A stretch of 40,755 nucleotides of DNA from Octopus bimaculoides (lineage: Eukaryota). Under the pieces are notes generated by a model that was not told where the DNA came from, made no database searches, and saw only the letters and a program-made list of their open reading frames with translations. Below, one piece after another: positions 36,828-40,755 of this stretch. The translations under genes and the position numbers were made by a program. Location: assembly GCF_001194135.2 (NCBI RefSeq), contig NC_068987.1:101612378-101653132 (forward strand), in the 5' to 3' direction. Numbering within the stretch: the first letter of the stretch is position 1; each line of letters begins with the position of its first letter.

Positions 36828-38964
36828 ATTCGCAAACACATGTATGTGTGGTTGGGGGCGTTTGTATGTGTGTACATTGGCTGAAATACTCGGCGTTGTT
36901 CTAACTGATAATACAGGGAAATGTGTGAAAGTCGTACTGCAATGTATTTAAACTATAGTAAATGCTTCTAGCGAACAACTGGCAGAATATCAGTCTAAGT
37001 AACGGAAATATTATTTTTTTTTTCTATAATTTAATAAGTTTCTTTAGATTTCTGTTTTCTCCAAAAACATAAAAAGATAAAATTCACTATTTGAATGTTT
37101 TCAATACCGCTTCTTTACCTTGTTATCACTCATCCCGAAGCATAGCCCTAAATTATAAACCCTAAATTCTAAAACTTAAACTGTAAACCTTAACTTTGTT
37201 CTAAACAATTAATTCCTAACACTTCATGCCTAAACATGTTTTTTAGAATCATAATCTACTTTAAGAGAAAATTATAAGAGATCACATTTGGTTTATGCTC
37301 CCTGGGATACTAGCTCCACACCTATCAGTATTTTTTATTATTTTTTTCTTGTTACTAGAGTTAGATTCATGGCTCTCCTTTCTTTGGAATCTACCTTCTA
37401 TTATTAGAAATAAGAGGAACTGAGACTCTACTGTCCTTTGCATGCCCTTTCAATTAGTGTGCAGTGCCAATAGTACTAATTTGTGTCAGTTTTTTTAAGT
37501 GTAAATCACAGGGGCCAAGTTATATATTTGTCTGCATGATTTTAATGATTTCCAATATTCTTTTTTTTTTTTTTTCACTATCCATATCATGGCTTGCTAT
37601 GTTGTCGGGTCTTTATGACTACGTAGTTTCATAATTTCCTTTACAGGCATATTTATACTATTAGTTTAAATTTCTCATATCTATATAAATTAACATTTCT
37701 CCAAGTATGACATTTTCTCCGCGACATTTTAAAAAACTATTCTTGTTGTACTTGTTACCATCTCTTTTCTGCGATCCAAAGATTAAACATACAAAACAAA
37801 CACAACACATATTATACAAGGCACTGCACATGAACTGTAAATTTCCATGCACCAGAAAAAAATGAATACACTAGACACGAGACTAAGCATTGGTGATTGA
37901 TGAAGGTTGCATTAGTTCTTCACTAGCATTTACTTTATTGACCGAAGGCCGATCTTGATGTGATGTGAGCATGTACCGTAAAAGTCCAAAGACTTATTAT
38001 CTCACTGATCTAGCAATAAGCTGTACATATAAGGACTATGAATGTGTATGTGTGCTGTGTGTGCTGTGTGTGTGTGCTGTGTGTGTGTGTGCTGTGTGTG
38101 CTGTGTGTGAAGTAAGAGTAGGAATATGGAATTTATTTTCTTCTATAACATTTGTACATTAATTGAGTTGTGTAGTTAGTTGTTTGGCTTCGAATCAGCC
38201 TTGAGGGAGCATACCAATGACGAGATAGGTTTTTATGTGACATGTTATGACATTTATGTAATTAACGAGAAAAGTAAAGAGTAAAATGAAGACACAAAAA
38301 TCAGACCACACAACTTAGAGTATAGGCTATTTTGGTGTGAAAATGATTTACTATTTATGTAGTGACACATAATAATATTCGACAATGTGAAGAGTTCTCA
38401 CTTTGGCTAAAAAAAAAAAAAAAGATAAGTTCAACCAACCATTGGCATATCAGTTCAAATTTTGGTTAATAGGAATTTCGAAGTTATTTCCTTTGCGGCT
38501 CTTAAGAAAAAAATATATTAACGCTAAAGGTTTTCTTCTATATATAGATAACATTGCAACTGATTCAGAAAACCCTTTTCAGCGAATTCAGTATATAATC
38601 TGCACTTAACTATATATTATTGATGCAAAAGACACCTTTGTGAGTTTACAAAAACCTTATCTATCTATCTATCTACCTATCTTAATATATATGTGTGTAT
38701 GTGTGTGTATACACACACACACACATATACATTATATATATATATGTATATATATATATANNNNNNNNNNNNNNNNNNNNNNNNNNNNNNNNNNNNNNNN
38801 NNNNNNNNNNNNNNNNNNNNNNNNNNNNNNNNNNNNNNNNNNNNNNNNNNNNNNNNNNNNNNNNNNNNNNNNNNNNNNNNNNNNNNNNNNNNNNNNNNNN
38901 NNNNNNNNNNNNNNNNNNNNNNNNNNNNNNNNNNNNNNNNNNNNNNNNNNNNNNNNNNNNNNNN

Positions 38965-39017
<53 letters not shown>

Positions 39018-39683
39018 TGGAAATATATGAACATGTGTAGACTTGAATAAATCAGTGTAGAATCATTGTCTTATTTACTTGATAACTGAAAGGAAGCCCA
39101 TAATTGTATTGCGACAGAAGTACTCGAAAAATTTATATATTGTCGTCGAATAGTTGAGCTCTACATGACCTTCTTTGATCAATAAAGCAGACTAAAATCT
39201 TTTGCGAGCCTTGTCTTAACATAGGCACTGTCCAATTGTTCAAGCCAAGAAAACCGTAAAATTACACTGTTGTGTCGACGCCCCCAAGCGAAGAAGTAGG
39301 GTCGCCCAAGACATATAAACAGAGGTAGTCTAGCCGTGGTAGAAGAACTGAGTGGAGTTGAGTGACTGTTGAGTAGCTCTTGGGTAGCAATCAAGTAGAG
39401 GTCATCCGAAGGTGCTAGATAGCAGTAGCTTGAGACATAACATACTTAAAAGCAAAACCAGTCATATTTCACAAACCTTAAAACTTTTCAAAACCATCAC
39501 GGATTTAAAATCATACTCAAGGCCGTGAAGACTTAATATTTTGAACTTTATTTGTTATAGCATAAATTTGATTACACATTGAGATATGTTTAATGCCATT
39601 GCAAAATGGTGATTTATGTAGGCATCAAAATAAGTTGTTAAAATGAAACATAAATAGAAATTTCTATTCTAATATTCTCCTAT

Positions 39684-40070
39684 TGTTGTTGGCACTCCGT
39701 CGCTTACGACGTCGAGGGTTCCAGTTGATCCGATCAACGGAACAGCCTGCTCGTGAAATTAACGTGCGAGTGGCTGAGCACTCCACAGACACGTGTACCC
39801 TTAACGTAGTTCTCGGGGATATTCAGCGTGACATAGAGTGTGACAAGGCTGACCCTTTGAATTACAAGCACAGCAGAAACAGGAAGTAAGAGTGAAAGAA
39901 AGTTGTGGTGGAAGAGTACAGCAGGGTTCGCCACCATCCCCTGCCTGAGCCTCGTGGAGTTTTAGGTGTTTTCGTTCAATAAACACTCACAACACCCGGT
40001 TTGGGAATCGAAACTGCGATCCTATGACCGCGAGTCCGCTGCCCTAACCACTGGGCCATTGCACCTCCAC
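39684..40070 (-). mobile_element. SINE family C, full length, 10-bp TSD
   Basis: TSD ATTCTCCTAT at 39674-39683 and 40071-40080. Collinear with 19108-19491. Confidence 0.95.
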
Positions 40071-40204
40071 ATTCTCCTATAAGACAGAATCAAATATAGG
40101 GTCGGACAAATACGATGCGGTATTTGTTCTAGATCTTTAAATTTTTCCTGCCGAACTCACCTTTGGCTTTCATCTTTCTTCAAACGTGAAAAATATTAGT
40201 GTCG

Positions 40205-40222
40205 TTTCTTTAACACTATCCC

Positions 40223-40310
<88 letters not shown>

Positions 40311-40331
40311 ATCTCTCTCTCTCTCTCTCTC
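40205..40331. repeat. (CT)n microsatellite
   Basis: Directly visible. It is representative of many further (CA)n/(TA)n/(GA)n/(TATG)n tracts, e.g. 1-37, 28110-28235 and 30430-30957. Confidence 0.97.
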
Positions 40332-40755
40332 AGAATCGGTTGCACTGCGTTTTGAGAAGAATATTAGAACCATATATTTATACTCTCCTACATACTCTCA
40401 TTTTACTCCATGTCAGTGACCTCTGCTTTATTGCAAAGAGATACTGTGGTCAATGACGATGGAAACTCAATTCCTATTGCATCGGTGTGGCTGTTAAAAT
40501 TTCTGAATAATCCACTCAGTATTGTGTTGTAATTTTTTTTTATTACATTTCGTTCACAAGAATAGATTCATTGCTACCTAGCATCCTATCCCTCTTTCTC
40601 TGCAATTCTCTCATTCTGCCATTAGCTGCAAGCTAGAATAGCTCTCGCTTATTTATTACCTGGACGCACACACGTGCACACACACACAGACACACACACG
40701 CATATGTATGTATATATATCTACGTATGTATGTATGTGTATATATATATATATAC

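Noticed and set aside
11023-40070. Near-identical dispersed repeats as a CRISPR array or segmental duplication
   Set aside because: They are irregularly spaced by kilobases, occur on both strands, and carry Pol III boxes and TSDs. They are SINEs.
40410-40533. 40-codon [28 protein letters not shown]...
   Set aside because: Too short, with no recognisable homology and only a weak donor.

Overview
This is AT-rich eukaryotic (metazoan) genomic DNA from a draft short-read scaffold. It has 15 N-gaps, almost all flanked by microsatellites or G-runs. The extreme density of (CA)n/(TA)n/(TATC)n/(TAA)n tracts and the SINE set point to a cephalopod, most likely Octopus (inference). Most ORFs in the supplied track are artefacts of gaps and simple repeats. 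Supported content: (1) Four tRNA-derived SINE families, called A-D here, in about 20 copies, three with intact TSDs. (2) Two different 5'-truncated R4/Dong-type non-LTR retrotransposon remnants (CCHC knuckle + restriction-like endonuclease) abutting (TAA)n tracts. (3) DNA-transposon relics: a Charlie-type hAT MITE with a perfect 8-bp TSD, a mariner-derived MITE, an internally deleted DD37D (maT) element, a decayed MULE transposase and a Helitron-like 3' end. (4) One candidate coding exon missed by the ORF track (3802-4036, +), whose peptide has Ras/Rap-like spacing but lacks the G4 motif. No complete gene, RNA gene or CRISPR array is supported. I cannot demonstrate a new biological system. The best leads are the putative pseudo-GTPase exon, the Dong/(TAA)n cluster, a fold-back of inverted SINE halves, and a hairpin shared by two SINE families.
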